A stretch of DNA of 64,000 nucleotides, from assembly GCA_963796685.1 (NCBI GenBank), contig CAWCMR010000013.1, forward strand, positions 512,001-576,000, given 5' to 3'. The position numbers and the translations under genes were made by a program. The notes beneath the pieces are model-generated. The model worked only from the letters and a program-made list of their open reading frames with translations. It made no database searches and had not been told where the DNA came from. This DNA is from an uncultured delta proteobacterium. Lineage in GTDB: Bacteria > Myxococcota_A > Polyangia > Fen-1088. Positions 47,801 to 57,700 of the stretch are shown piece after piece. The stretch's first letter is position 1, and each line of letters begins with the position of its first letter.

Positions 47801-48493
47801 ATGACATCGACCACACGATCCAAACCATCTGCGTCATCTGCGCCACCCGCACCACCCGCGCCCGCACCATCGGCGCCTATCGTATCCGTCGCGCCTTCCC
47901 AGCCCGAGGAGGAAGTCCTGGCCAAGACCCTGGAGGTCCTCAAAGGCGGTGGGGTCATCGCGCTTCCAACCGACACGCTGTACGGCATCGCCTGCCTTTT
48001 CGGCGACAGCGCCGGCATCAAGCGTATTCAAACCATGCGTGGCTTCGATGTTGCCGCGCGTCCGCTGACCTTCCTCCTGCCCGATCTCGGGGAGTTGCCC
48101 CGCTATGCCGTGGTCAGTGAGTCGGCTTTAGGCGTGCTGAGGAAGATTTTTCCCGGACCCTACTGCGCGGAGCTGGTGGCCAGCGCCAACGTGCCAGTGC
48201 CCTTCGTCCACGAAGATCGCCGCACCATCGGCGTGCGCATCCCCGGCACCGCGCTGTGCGAGAAATTGCTGTGGTCCCTGGGCAAGCCCCTGCTCACCGC
48301 CACGGCGAAGTCGCGCTCGGGGGACATCCTGACCAGCGCCGTGGAGATCAAGCGCGAGTATGGCAAGAGCCTCGACCTCATCCTGGACGCGGGCACGCTC
48401 TCCGGTCCACCCTCCACGGTGGTGAGTCTGGCCGGCGACTGGGTTACTGTCCTGCGCGAAGGGCGTGGACCGTCCAACAAGCTCATCGGCTGA
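47801..48493 (+). CDS. Sua5/YciO/YrdC-family protein
   Basis: GGVIALPTDTLYG, PGPY, TIGVRIP, LILDAG, PSTVV, VLREG.G. Confidence 0.88.
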   Translation: MTSTTRSKPSASSAPPAPPAPAPSAPIVSVAPSQPEEEVLAKTLEVLKGGGVIALPTDTLYGIACLFGDSAGIKRIQTMRGFDVAARPLTFLLPDLGELPRYAVVSESALGVLRKIFPGPYCAELVASANVPVPFVHEDRRTIGVRIPGTALCEKLLWSLGKPLLTATAKSRSGDILTSAVEIKREYGKSLDLILDAGTLSGPPSTVVSLAGDWVTVLREGRGPSNKLIG

Positions 48494-48593
48494 TCTTCCG
48501 GAACCGGATCGAATTCCCGAATCGATCGGGAAAGAATCCCGAAACCGAACCAGGCCCGGCCGTGACCTGTCTGGCGACGCGGCTCTCGCGGGC

Positions 48594-48608
48594 TGGCACA
48601 CGGCATGC
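48594..48608 (+). promoter_or_regulatory. Candidate sigma54 promoter for the SPFH gene pair
   Basis: TGGCAC-ACGGC-ATGC has correct GG-N10-GC spacing, about 40 bp upstream of the ATG at 48649. Confidence 0.55.
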
Positions 48609-48648
48609 CTTCTCGGAGGGCAACGGACCCTCGAGTCCGGAGATCACC

Positions 48649-49425
48649 ATGCGCCTGACGTTGACCACCGTGTCGATCGCCGCACTTTCCGCGTGCGCAA
48701 CGGTGCCCCCTGGCAGTACGGGGGTTCTGCTGAGAACCAGCGGGGTCGACGTCGAGGCGCTGACCGAAGGGGTGAGTCTCATCGGGCCGCTGTCGGTGGT
48801 CGGTGTCTACGATCTGCGCGGGCAAGAACGCAGCGAGGATCTGGAGGCGCTTTCCGCCGACGGCGCCGTTCTGAAAGCGAACGCCTCAGTCCTGACATTC
48901 CACCCCGTGCGCTCGGAGGTGGTGGCCTTGGCACGGGAGGTTGGGCCGAGCTACTACGAGACCATCCTCAGACCGATAGTTCGTTCCTCCTTGCGCAAGG
49001 TGCTGGCAGGCTTTCGCGCCGACCAGCTCGACACGCCCGGCATTGGCAAAGCCCAACGCGAGGTCACGGAAGATGTGGCGCGAAGGGTGCGCCCTTACCA
49101 CATCACATTTGACGGCATCGACCTGCGCACCCTGGGCATCGACCAATCCTCGGAAGCCTATCGGAGCATCGTCGACACCAGCGTCGAAGAACAAAATGCG
49201 CTTACCGCGAGGGAGTTGCCGGTCTTGGCGCGAAAACACGCCGAGGAAATGAGAGCCGAGGCGCGCGGGATCTCCGGGGCGCATGCGCTCATTGCCCCAA
49301 CTCTCACCCCAGAGCTCCTGAGCGATGCCGCATACCACGCGTGGTCCAAGTTGCTCACGGCGCCTTCGACCCAGGTCGAGGTCCGCCCGAACGCACAACC
49401 GTATGTTTTGGAGGTCAAACCATGA
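48649..49425 (+). CDS. SPFH/prohibitin (band 7) lipoprotein
   Basis: LSAC lipobox; TVPPG..GV, GP.YYETILRP.VRS; paralog of the next gene; GGAG RBS. Confidence 0.8.
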   Translation: MRLTLTTVSIAALSACATVPPGSTGVLLRTSGVDVEALTEGVSLIGPLSVVGVYDLRGQERSEDLEALSADGAVLKANASVLTFHPVRSEVVALAREVGPSYYETILRPIVRSSLRKVLAGFRADQLDTPGIGKAQREVTEDVARRVRPYHITFDGIDLRTLGIDQSSEAYRSIVDTSVEEQNALTARELPVLARKHAEEMRAEARGISGAHALIAPTLTPELLSDAAYHAWSKLLTAPSTQVEVRPNAQPYVLEVKP

Positions 49426-50243
49426 ATTCACACCGACTGTCGACGATGACGAGGGCTTTGCTCGCGCTTGGCATGGGCAGCGCCGTAGGGGGGTGCGCCA
49501 CGGCCGTGGGCCCGGGCCGTGTGGGCGTGCTATGGCGAGCATCGGACGGCACCCAACCCAACGCCTACGGCGAAGGCCTGCACTACATCGCGCCGTGGAA
49601 CGATATGTACGTCTATGACCTGCGGTCGATGAGTCACGACGAGGTGCTCGACGTCATCGCGGTAAACGGCCTCGGCATCAAGCTGGACGCGTCGGTCAGG
49701 TATCACCTCGTGCCCAATGAAGTCGTGGCCCTGCAGAAGGAGATCGGCCCGGACTACTACAAGACGATTCTCGAGCCCGTTCTGCGCTCGGAAGCCCGCC
49801 GTGTCTTCGGGCGCTACACACCCGAGGAGATATACTCGACCAAGCGCGATCTCATCGAACGCGAGATCCGGGAGGGGCTACGTTCGAAGATCGAAGGCAA
49901 GCACATCGCCCTCGAGGCCGTCCTGATTCGCAACGTGGAGCTTCCGGACGCCATTCGCCACGCCATCGACGAGAAGCTGGCCGCCGCGCAGGAAGTGCTG
50001 AAGATGAAATACGTGATCGCGGTGGCCAAGTCCGTGGCCGAGCAGCACCGGATCGAGGCGCAAGGGATCGCCGACTACAACCAGATCGTGGCCGCCAGCC
50101 TGACCTCCCCGATGCTGGAATTCGACCGCATCCAAGAGCTCAACCGCCTGGCAGCGTCGAGCAACGCCAAGACCGTCGTGATGGGGCCAGGCGCGGGCGG
50201 CACCCCCGTGCTACTTTCGACGCCCACCGCGGCGGCCCGCTAG
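49422..50243 (+). CDS. SPFH/prohibitin (band 7) lipoprotein
   Basis: EGLHYIAPWN, GPDYY..ILEP.LRS.AR, YTPEEIYS.KR, LIRNVELP, IDEKL; ATGA overlap with the previous gene. Confidence 0.88.
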   Translation: MNSHRLSTMTRALLALGMGSAVGGCATAVGPGRVGVLWRASDGTQPNAYGEGLHYIAPWNDMYVYDLRSMSHDEVLDVIAVNGLGIKLDASVRYHLVPNEVVALQKEIGPDYYKTILEPVLRSEARRVFGRYTPEEIYSTKRDLIEREIREGLRSKIEGKHIALEAVLIRNVELPDAIRHAIDEKLAAAQEVLKMKYVIAVAKSVAEQHRIEAQGIADYNQIVAASLTSPMLEFDRIQELNRLAASSNAKTVVMGPGAGGTPVLLSTPTAAAR

Positions 50244-50252
50244 GAGCTAGGC

Positions 50253-51564
50253 TCACGTCCCTGCCCCGTTCAAGGACACCAGTGCAAAAAGCAGATCCGC
50301 GCGGTCCAGGACGCCGACCAAGCGCTTCTGGGCGTCGACCACCGCCACGATCTTGTGCTTGCCTCCCAGCATGGCGGCGATGGCCTCGCGCAACGGCGCG
50401 CTTTCGTCAACCACAGCCGTCTCGACCAGCAGGTCGGCCGCGGTCCTCGCCTTCGCGTGCTGCTCGGCCAACTGCATCTCGGGTTTGGGGTGCACGAACG
50501 GCAGACGATGGACGAGCGAGCGCAGGGCACTCGGCCGCAGGGCCGGGGTCACGCGCTCCAGGATTTCGGCATCGGTGATTTTGCCGAGCACGCGCCGTTC
50601 GCGATCCACGACCAGGCAACGATTGAGCCGGGTCGAGGTCACTGCCTGCAGGACTTCCGGCAGGTGGGTGTCGGGAAATACCGTCGGGACTTCCGTGCGC
50701 ATGGCGCGCGCGACAGGAGCAGCGACGGCCAGATCGAGGATGGGCGGCGTCCTCTCCGACGCCTCGCCGATGCGGACCGCGGTGCGCAGGACGTCGAGCC
50801 TGCTCACCATTCCGACCAAGGCGCCGCGCTCGTCCACGACGGGCAGACGCTTGAGGCGCCTGGCGGTCATGCAGCTCGGCAACTTGCGTGAGCGGTGTGG
50901 ACGCGCGCACCGTGACCGGTCCCGGCGTCATGACCTCGGCCGCGCTCTTCGCTCCGCGCACCAACCGTTCGAGCTCGGCGTGCAGCTCCGGGGTGTCGAG
51001 TGCCTGCAAGAGCTCCATGCGCATGGTAAGGCCGCCCCGCTTGAGGAGATCCGAATTGGTGATGATTCCGACCGGGATCCCGGACTCCACCACGGGGACC
51101 GCGCGGTAGGGCTTGCCCATCATCAGAGCGACAATCTCCCGAATGGCGGCACTGCGCGCAAAGGAGACGACATCGCGAGACATCACGTCCGAAGCGCACA
51201 AAGTAGACGAGACGTCACGCACCGGATAGGCGCTGCACAGCGCGACCTCGGTGTCCTCGACCGTGATGAGGCCGTGCCTGACCATCTCCTTGATGCGCGG
51301 GAGCAGTCGGTTCACCTGCTCCGTCCTCTCAATCCATTCGATCACGATGGGGAGGCGCTCGACGAGGTCGACCCAGCGCAAGGTGTGAATCTTTCCCGAC
51401 GAGCCGAATCCCTCGATCGCCCGCATCACCGTGGCCCCTGCGGCGCCCTCCTTGCGCAGAAAGGCCACCAAGGCCGCGTCGATGGGCTGATGACCGTGCA
51501 GCTCCCCCTCGTGGACATAGATGCGAACCCGTTTTGCCTTGCCCAAGAGTCCAGTGTTCGCCAT
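50253..51564 (-). CDS. DUF190 (PII-like) domain fused to four CBS domains; +1 frameshift near 50871
   Basis: RVRIYVHE, GAAGATVMRAIEGFG, LPIVIEWIE (DUF190), then repeated CBS motifs (VPVV..G.PVGIIT..DL). AGGAGG RBS. Confidence 0.85.
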
Positions 51565-51791
51565 GGGGTCCTCCTGAAGTGTGAGAGGGCGAGCCAGGGG
51601 CAGCCGAACGAGCCCCGGCTACCGCCTAGTCTATTCCTGAAATTTCAAACCGGCGATTGGCGTCCGAGCTCTGTCCATCCGTTACCGTTTCAGGATGGTC
51701 GCGTCGGACTTGTTACGGTTTGGAAGCATCCAACCGGGCGATGAAGGCAGCATTTGGGCACCGAAAGCCGCGAAGTTGCCACGTGACAGTT

Positions 51792-51807
51792 TGGTCACGA
51801 AATTGCA
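51792..51807 (+). promoter_or_regulatory. Candidate sigma54 promoter for the ECF sigma gene
   Basis: TGGTCA-CGAAA-TTGCA has GG-N10-GC spacing and a consensus -12 box, just upstream of the AGGAG RBS and GTG at 51831. Confidence 0.5.
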
Positions 51808-51830
51808 ACGCGCACGGCCAGGAGTGAACC

Positions 51831-52562
51831 GTGAAGAAAGCGACGAACCAAGAAAAACGCCAGAGGATCGCACAGTCGGCCGTGCGTGAGTCGCCAAACC
51901 CGGCATTGACGAGCGAGCTTGGCGGAGAGTGGAACTTCACCGCGTTCGAGGCGTGGGTCGGCGGTTGCGAAGACAAGGCCTTTCGGCTCGCCATGCATTT
52001 CCTGCGCGACGAGCGGGCCGCGCAAAAAATCTTGCAAGAGACGTTCTTGGCGGCCTGGGAAAACATCCAAGCATTTCCTAACCGGAGACGATTCAACGCC
52101 TGGATTTATCGAACCACGGTCAAGTCTGCCCTGGAGCGCCTGCAATCGACCCGGAGCCGTGGACAGCTTTCCGAGGATCGTACCTTGCTGTTCCTGTTCA
52201 CCACCCGGGAGTTCTGGAGTCGACTGACCGTGGATGAAGATCCGGATTGGTCCATGCGTGCGCCCCACCAATTCGTGTCGGAGGAGTTGTTGCGACACAT
52301 TCGCAAGGCCGTCGACTCGCTGCCCCTGGAGCTGCGCGCGGCATTCGTCCTGGGCGCTTTGGAGGAAATGTCCGCCGAGGAGAGCGCCGATATCCTCGAC
52401 CTCCCGGCCATGACGGTAAAGTCGCAACTTGAAGCCGCCACCCTGGCCATCCGCCACGCCATCGGCAGCTACTTTGCCCGCCGCATCGGCAAAGGCGTCC
52501 TTTCGCACCCCACCGCGAACAATCTCGGTGTCGCGGATAGCACGCCGGTTGCGAGGAATTAG
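51831..52562 (+). CDS. ECF-type sigma-70 factor
   Basis: QETFLAAW...F.....FNAWIYR (region 2); LPLELRAAFVL...EMSAEESADIL.....TVKSQL (region 4). Confidence 0.8.
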   Translation: MKKATNQEKRQRIAQSAVRESPNPALTSELGGEWNFTAFEAWVGGCEDKAFRLAMHFLRDERAAQKILQETFLAAWENIQAFPNRRRFNAWIYRTTVKSALERLQSTRSRGQLSEDRTLLFLFTTREFWSRLTVDEDPDWSMRAPHQFVSEELLRHIRKAVDSLPLELRAAFVLGALEEMSAEESADILDLPAMTVKSQLEAATLAIRHAIGSYFARRIGKGVLSHPTANNLGVADSTPVARN

Positions 52563-52617
52563 CGAGCAATCTTCGAGGCTAAGGCGGAGCCTCGCCCGCC
52601 ACGTCGGAGGCGGCAGA

Positions 52618-52971
52618 TCAGCGCGGCATGTCGGCCAGGCCGCCGGCGTTGATGACGTCGGCGTAGCCGGCTTGCTTCATGGCGCGGGCGGCGGACGAGC
52701 TGCGCGCACCGGAGGCGCAGTAGAGGACCACGGGCTTGTCCTTGGGGATCTCGCCGAGCCGACGGCCGAGTTCCGAGAGCGGGATGTTCTTGGCGCCGGG
52801 ATAGGCGCCGTCGCGGAATTCCTCGGGCGTGCGCACGTCGACGATGACGGCGCCCGAGTCCAGTTTTTGCTTCACGATGCTAGATGCCACTTTTCCACCT
52901 CCAAGAAAGCGTTTGAGGATGATGACGGTGATGACTGCGATGGCGATGTAGGTCAGGGTTTGCGTGCTCAA
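52618..52971 (-). CDS. Membrane-anchored rhodanese-like protein
   Basis: N-terminal TM; IVDVRTPEEF, GAKNIPL, YCASGARS. Confidence 0.9.
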   Translation of the reverse strand: MSTQTLTYIAIAVITVIILKRFLGGGKVASSIVKQKLDSGAVIVDVRTPEEFRDGAYPGAKNIPLSELGRRLGEIPKDKPVVLYCASGARSSSAARAMKQAGYADVINAGGLADMPR

Positions 52972-54627
52972 GGTGTCTCCCAATTGAAGCCGCCCTCGGC
53001 GAGCATGCTCAGGTGCCCGCCGGTGACGTTGGCCACGTCGGCGAAGCCCTGCTGCTTGAGCACGCGCACGGCCAGGTGCGCGCGAAAGCCCGAGCGGCAG
53101 TGCACGAGGATGCGCCGGTTCTTGGGCAGGCGTTCGCTCTCGAAGCGCAGGTCGTCCACCGGGATGTGCACGGCGCCGGCCAGGTGCGAGGTCTCGTATT
53201 CGCCCAACGTGCGCACGTCGAGCACGACGGGCGGTTCAGGCTTGGCCAGCTCGGCCTTGAGCTCGGCCGCGGACACGAGCGGGCTGAATCCGGAGAGGTC
53301 GTTGAGCCCGATGAAGGCCGCCAGGTTGATGGGATCGTTGGCCGTCGAGTACGGCGGCGCGTAGGCGGAGATCCAGCTCGGCCAGATCGTGCAGGGTCAG
53401 CTTGCCGGCCAGGGCGGTGGCGAGCACGTCGATGCGCTTGTCCACGCCGGCCGGGCCGAAGGCCTGGGCGCCAAGCAGACGCGCGGTCTTCTTGTCGTAG
53501 ACCAGCTTGAGCGACAGCTCTTCGGCGCCCGGGTAGTAGCCGGCGTGGTGGCCTTTGTAGATCACCGCAACCCCGACCGCGAAGCCGGCTTCGCGCGCCG
53601 CACGTTCGGTCAGTCCCGTGGAAGCGGCCGTGGATTCGAAGATCTTGACCGCGCTGGTGCCGAGCGCGCCGCGAAAGCTCATGTCCATGCCGAGCGCGTT
53701 CGAGGCCGCGATGCGCCCTTGGCGATTGGCCGGCCCCGCCAGCGGTACGCGCACGCGCCGACCCGAAACTTTATGGAGAATCTCCAGCATGTCCCCTGCC
53801 CCGTAGATGTCCGGGTCGGTGGTGCGCAAGCGATCGTCGACCAGAAGTCCGCCGGTGGGCCCGATCTCCAAGCCCGCCTTGCGCGCAAGCGTCAGCTCGG
53901 GGCGCACGCCGACCGAGAACAACACCAGATCCGCGGGCAGCTTTCGCCCGTCGCCAAGCACCACGGTTCGATCGGCAACCGACTCGACCTTTACGCCGGT
54001 CAGCACCTTTACCCCGTTTTGTTCCAGCGTCGAGGCGATCTGATGGCCGAACTCGGGATCCATGGTGGCCATCACGCTGGGCAAGAGCTCGACCACCGTG
54101 GTGTCGAGACCGCGTTTCGAGAGCGCCTCGGCCATTTCCAGGCCGATGAATCCTCCCCCGACCACCACGGCGGTGCGCGGCTTGTCCTTTTCGATGTAGC
54201 TGTGCATGCGGTCCATGTCCGGCACGGTCCACAATTTGAAGACGTGGGTCTGGTCGGCCCCCGGCATAGGCGGTGTGATGGGATTACCGCCCTGGGCGAG
54301 GATGAGCTTGTCGTAGGCGAGCCACGATTCGCCGTCCTTGCCGCGCACGAGAACCCTCTTGCCTGACCGGTCGAGGTCGATGGCCTCGGTTTCGAGCAGG
54401 ACGCGCACGGCGTAGCGGGCATCGAAGCCTTCGGGCGTTTGCAGCAGCAGCTCCGAGCGTTTCTGGATATCGCGCGAAATGAAGTAGGGCAGCCCGCAGT
54501 TGGCGTACGAGACGTAGGGACCGCGCTCGACCACGGTGATCTCGGCCTCCTCGCTGATTCGGCGTGCCCTAGCCGCGGCCGTGGCGCCGCCCGCGACACC
54601 TCCGACGATGACAATCTTGGTTTTCAT
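52968..54627 (-). CDS. CoA-disulfide reductase with C-terminal rhodanese domain; +1 frameshift near 53367
   Basis: GGVAGG, SYANCGLPY, GGGFIGLE, GD, VDKRID. LDL-AYAPPYS is restored by deleting one base. Ends with LDVRT and HCRSGFRA. Confidence 0.9.
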
Positions 54628-54719
54628 GGTTCCCCGTTTGGAGCCAACCATGGCCAGAAGGATTCGTCAGCGCAAAGAAGATCGGCGTGGAAGCCCGCAC
54701 CGCCGGCCCGGCCGCAGGA

Positions 54720-57700
54720 TCAAGGGATGATGATCTTGCACGTGGCACTGCAGTTGCCACCGCTGTCGCACTCTTCGCCGTACTGCGACTGAATCCGGCC
54801 GTCGCCGCAGTAGGGCGCCCAGGTACAGAACGACGTGCATATACCCGGGCCGTAGGCGGTCGCCAGCGTCACGTTGGCGGCGCCAAAATCGCACTGCTCG
54901 GGGCCGTTCTTGATGCCGTCGCCGCAGTAGCCGGGCAGCGTGCAGTCGGGCGAGCAGGTCCCGTAGCTGCCGTTGTTCACGCCGTTGTCGCATTGCTCGC
55001 CGGGATCCTTGACGCCGTTGCCGCACTTGAACCTGCAGTTGACATCGCAGGCGCTGGCCGGGGTGCCGTTGCTGGCACCGTCGTCGCATTGTTCGGGTGG
55101 ATCCACGACGTTGTTCCCGCAAGATGGCAGCGGCACGAAGCCCTTGCAATCGGGCGAGCAGGAGCCGGGCAGGCCGCTGTTGACACCGTCGTCGCACACC
55201 TCGCCGAACTGCCCCTGCACCTCTTTGTCGCCGCAGTACGGGGCGGGTTCGCACTGGTTCGTACACAGGGACCGACCGTAGGCCGTGGCGCTGTTCATCG
55301 CGCCCAGGTCGCAAGCCTCGGTTCCGTTGACCACGCCATCGCCACAGTAGGGCGCCCAAACACAACCGGGAGCGCACGTACCGTAGGTGCCATCGTTCTT
55401 GCCGTCATCGCACTGCTCGGGACCATTCTTGACGCCGTCGCCGCAGTACGGACCGGAGGTGCACTGCGGGGTGCACATGCCGTAACCGCCGGTGTTCAGC
55501 GCCACGCCGTTGTCGCAGTCCTCCCCAGGATCGAGGAGGCCATTGCCGCACTTGAAGGTGCAGGTGCTCGTGCACTTGCTTCCGCTGGTGCCGTTCTTGG
55601 CGCCGTCGTCGCACTGCTCGGCGCCGTTGATGACCCCATCGCCGCAGCGCTCGCCCAGCGTACAGGCGGCCGTGCAGTGTCCGTAGCCGGCACCGTTCAG
55701 GGCGCCCTCGTCGCACTCCTCACCGTTCGACACGACCGCGTCGCCGCAGTACGGAGCCCACCGACAGCTCGGCCCGCATTGGGTCGAGGTCCCCCCATAA
55801 GTCGCGAGATTCACGCCGTCGTCGCATTGCTCGGGCGGGTTCTGAACGACCTTGTCACCGCAGCGGGGCGGCAGGGTGCAGTCCGGATTGCAGGTCCCGT
55901 AGGCGCCGGTGTTGTTGGCGGCGCCAAGGTCGCAAGCCTCTCCACGGGTGACGATACCGTCGCCGCACACGCTGTGGCACACGCTCTTCGGGGCATTGAA
56001 CCCGCTGAGCGTCAGCTTGTAGTTCGAGGCGATGACGTGCCGCTCGGCCTGGAAGACGACAATCTCGTAGATGTTGCCTGGCACCATACCGAAGCCGCCC
56101 ACGAAGGTCGTGCAATTCGCCGGTGCCGGGGTATCGCACACGGACTGCCCGGCACACGCCGGCGGAGTGTCGTCGGCGCAAGCCTGCGTGCTCGTCCCAT
56201 TGAGAGTGACGATGCCGCGCAACTCGTTGTGGATACCGCCGAGATCGACCGCGAGCTGGCCGTTGACGAAGACCCAGACGTCGTCGTCACCACGGAACTC
56301 AAGCTGTTCGCCACCGCCGTACTGAAACCAGTAGTGCGCCTCGCTGGTGAAGTTGTAATTGTGAACCAAGGTGGGGTTGGTCGCAGGGTAGTTGATGTTT
56401 CCGAACCCCAGACCGTCCAGAGGGAAAAACGCCGAGCTGTAGTACTGATAGGTTCCGGTGCCGATCTGATTCAAGGTCAGGGTGCTTTGGATCGTGACTC
56501 GGGTGACGGCGGGGTTGGCCGCATCTACCGATGGGTTGCCCGTGGCATTGGGATCGTCGGTGTACCACTGGGCATAGTTGGACGCGACTTGCGCGGCACT
56601 CAGGGATGCCGTGTTGCTGGAGGGCTTGGTGCGGAAGGTGGCACCGGTGGCGTCGCTCATGAGCGTGTCGCTGGTGCTCGTGCTCATGGCCGGCCCATCC
56701 ATGGTCCAAGGCCGCCCGAGCGATGTGCCGGCATTGTTTCCGATGTAGGCCGCGTTGAAGGCCGGCTTGCCATCCACGCCGATCGCGCTCTCGGCGATGC
56801 CCACCTGTCGCTGATCGTAGACAGGACTGACCTCGAACTGCGGGTGGTGCCAGTTGAAATCGCGATACAGGATGGGCACGGTCAGCGTGGTGCCCAGGGC
56901 AGGCGCCGAGGCGGTGCAGGTGTAGCCCGGCTCGATGGTGCACGTCGAGGAGCAGCCGTCACCGTTTTGCAGGTTGCCGTCGTCGCACTGTTCGCCGGGC
57001 ATCTTGATGCCGTCGCCGCAGACCGAGAAACACTGGTAGGGCTGAGCCGTGTCGTTGTTCGGGTAGCCGCACTTGGGCTCGTTGGTGCACGTGGGCGAGC
57101 AACCGTCGAACGGGCGGACATTGCCATCATCACACTGCTCGGTGCCTTCCTTGTGCCCATCGCCGCAAACCGTCTGGTAGCACGCCGTCGACAAGGCCGC
57201 GGGATGCCACGTGTCGGGCCCGCAAGCGTACCCGAGCTCAATCTGACACGTCGAGCTGCAGCCGTCGTTCGAGGCCGTGTTGCCATCGTCGCATTGTTCG
57301 GTCCCGGCGAGGATGCCGTCGCCGCAGGCCTTGGCCGTACACGCCGCCGCCACCACCGGGCAGGTCCAGCCAGGCTCGAGCTGGCAGGTTGCGCCGCAGC
57401 CATCGCCCGCGACCGAGTTGCCGTCGTCGCATTGCTCGGTCCCGCTGATCTTCCCGTCGCCGCATCGAACGGTGGAGACGCAGGGTTGGTTTGCGACGGG
57501 GCACGCGTAGTCGGGCTCGATGGTGCATTGTGGGCTGCACCCATCGCCACCTTTCGTGTTTCCGTCATCGCATTGCTCGCCGGTGGTCAGATTCACTACG
57601 CCGTCGCCACAGAATTCGACGAGCGTGCACGGCTTTCCTTGCGTGGGGCAATCCCAGCCCGGCTCGGTGAGACAGGTCGACGAGCATCCGTCGTTCGAGA

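Noticed and set aside
51720-51795. GGAA...GATGAA...TTGGGCAC resembling a c-di-GMP-II riboswitch; GGCGATG resembling a fluoride riboswitch start
   Set aside because: The 3' pseudoknot partner (GTGCAACC) and the fluoride pairing elements are absent.
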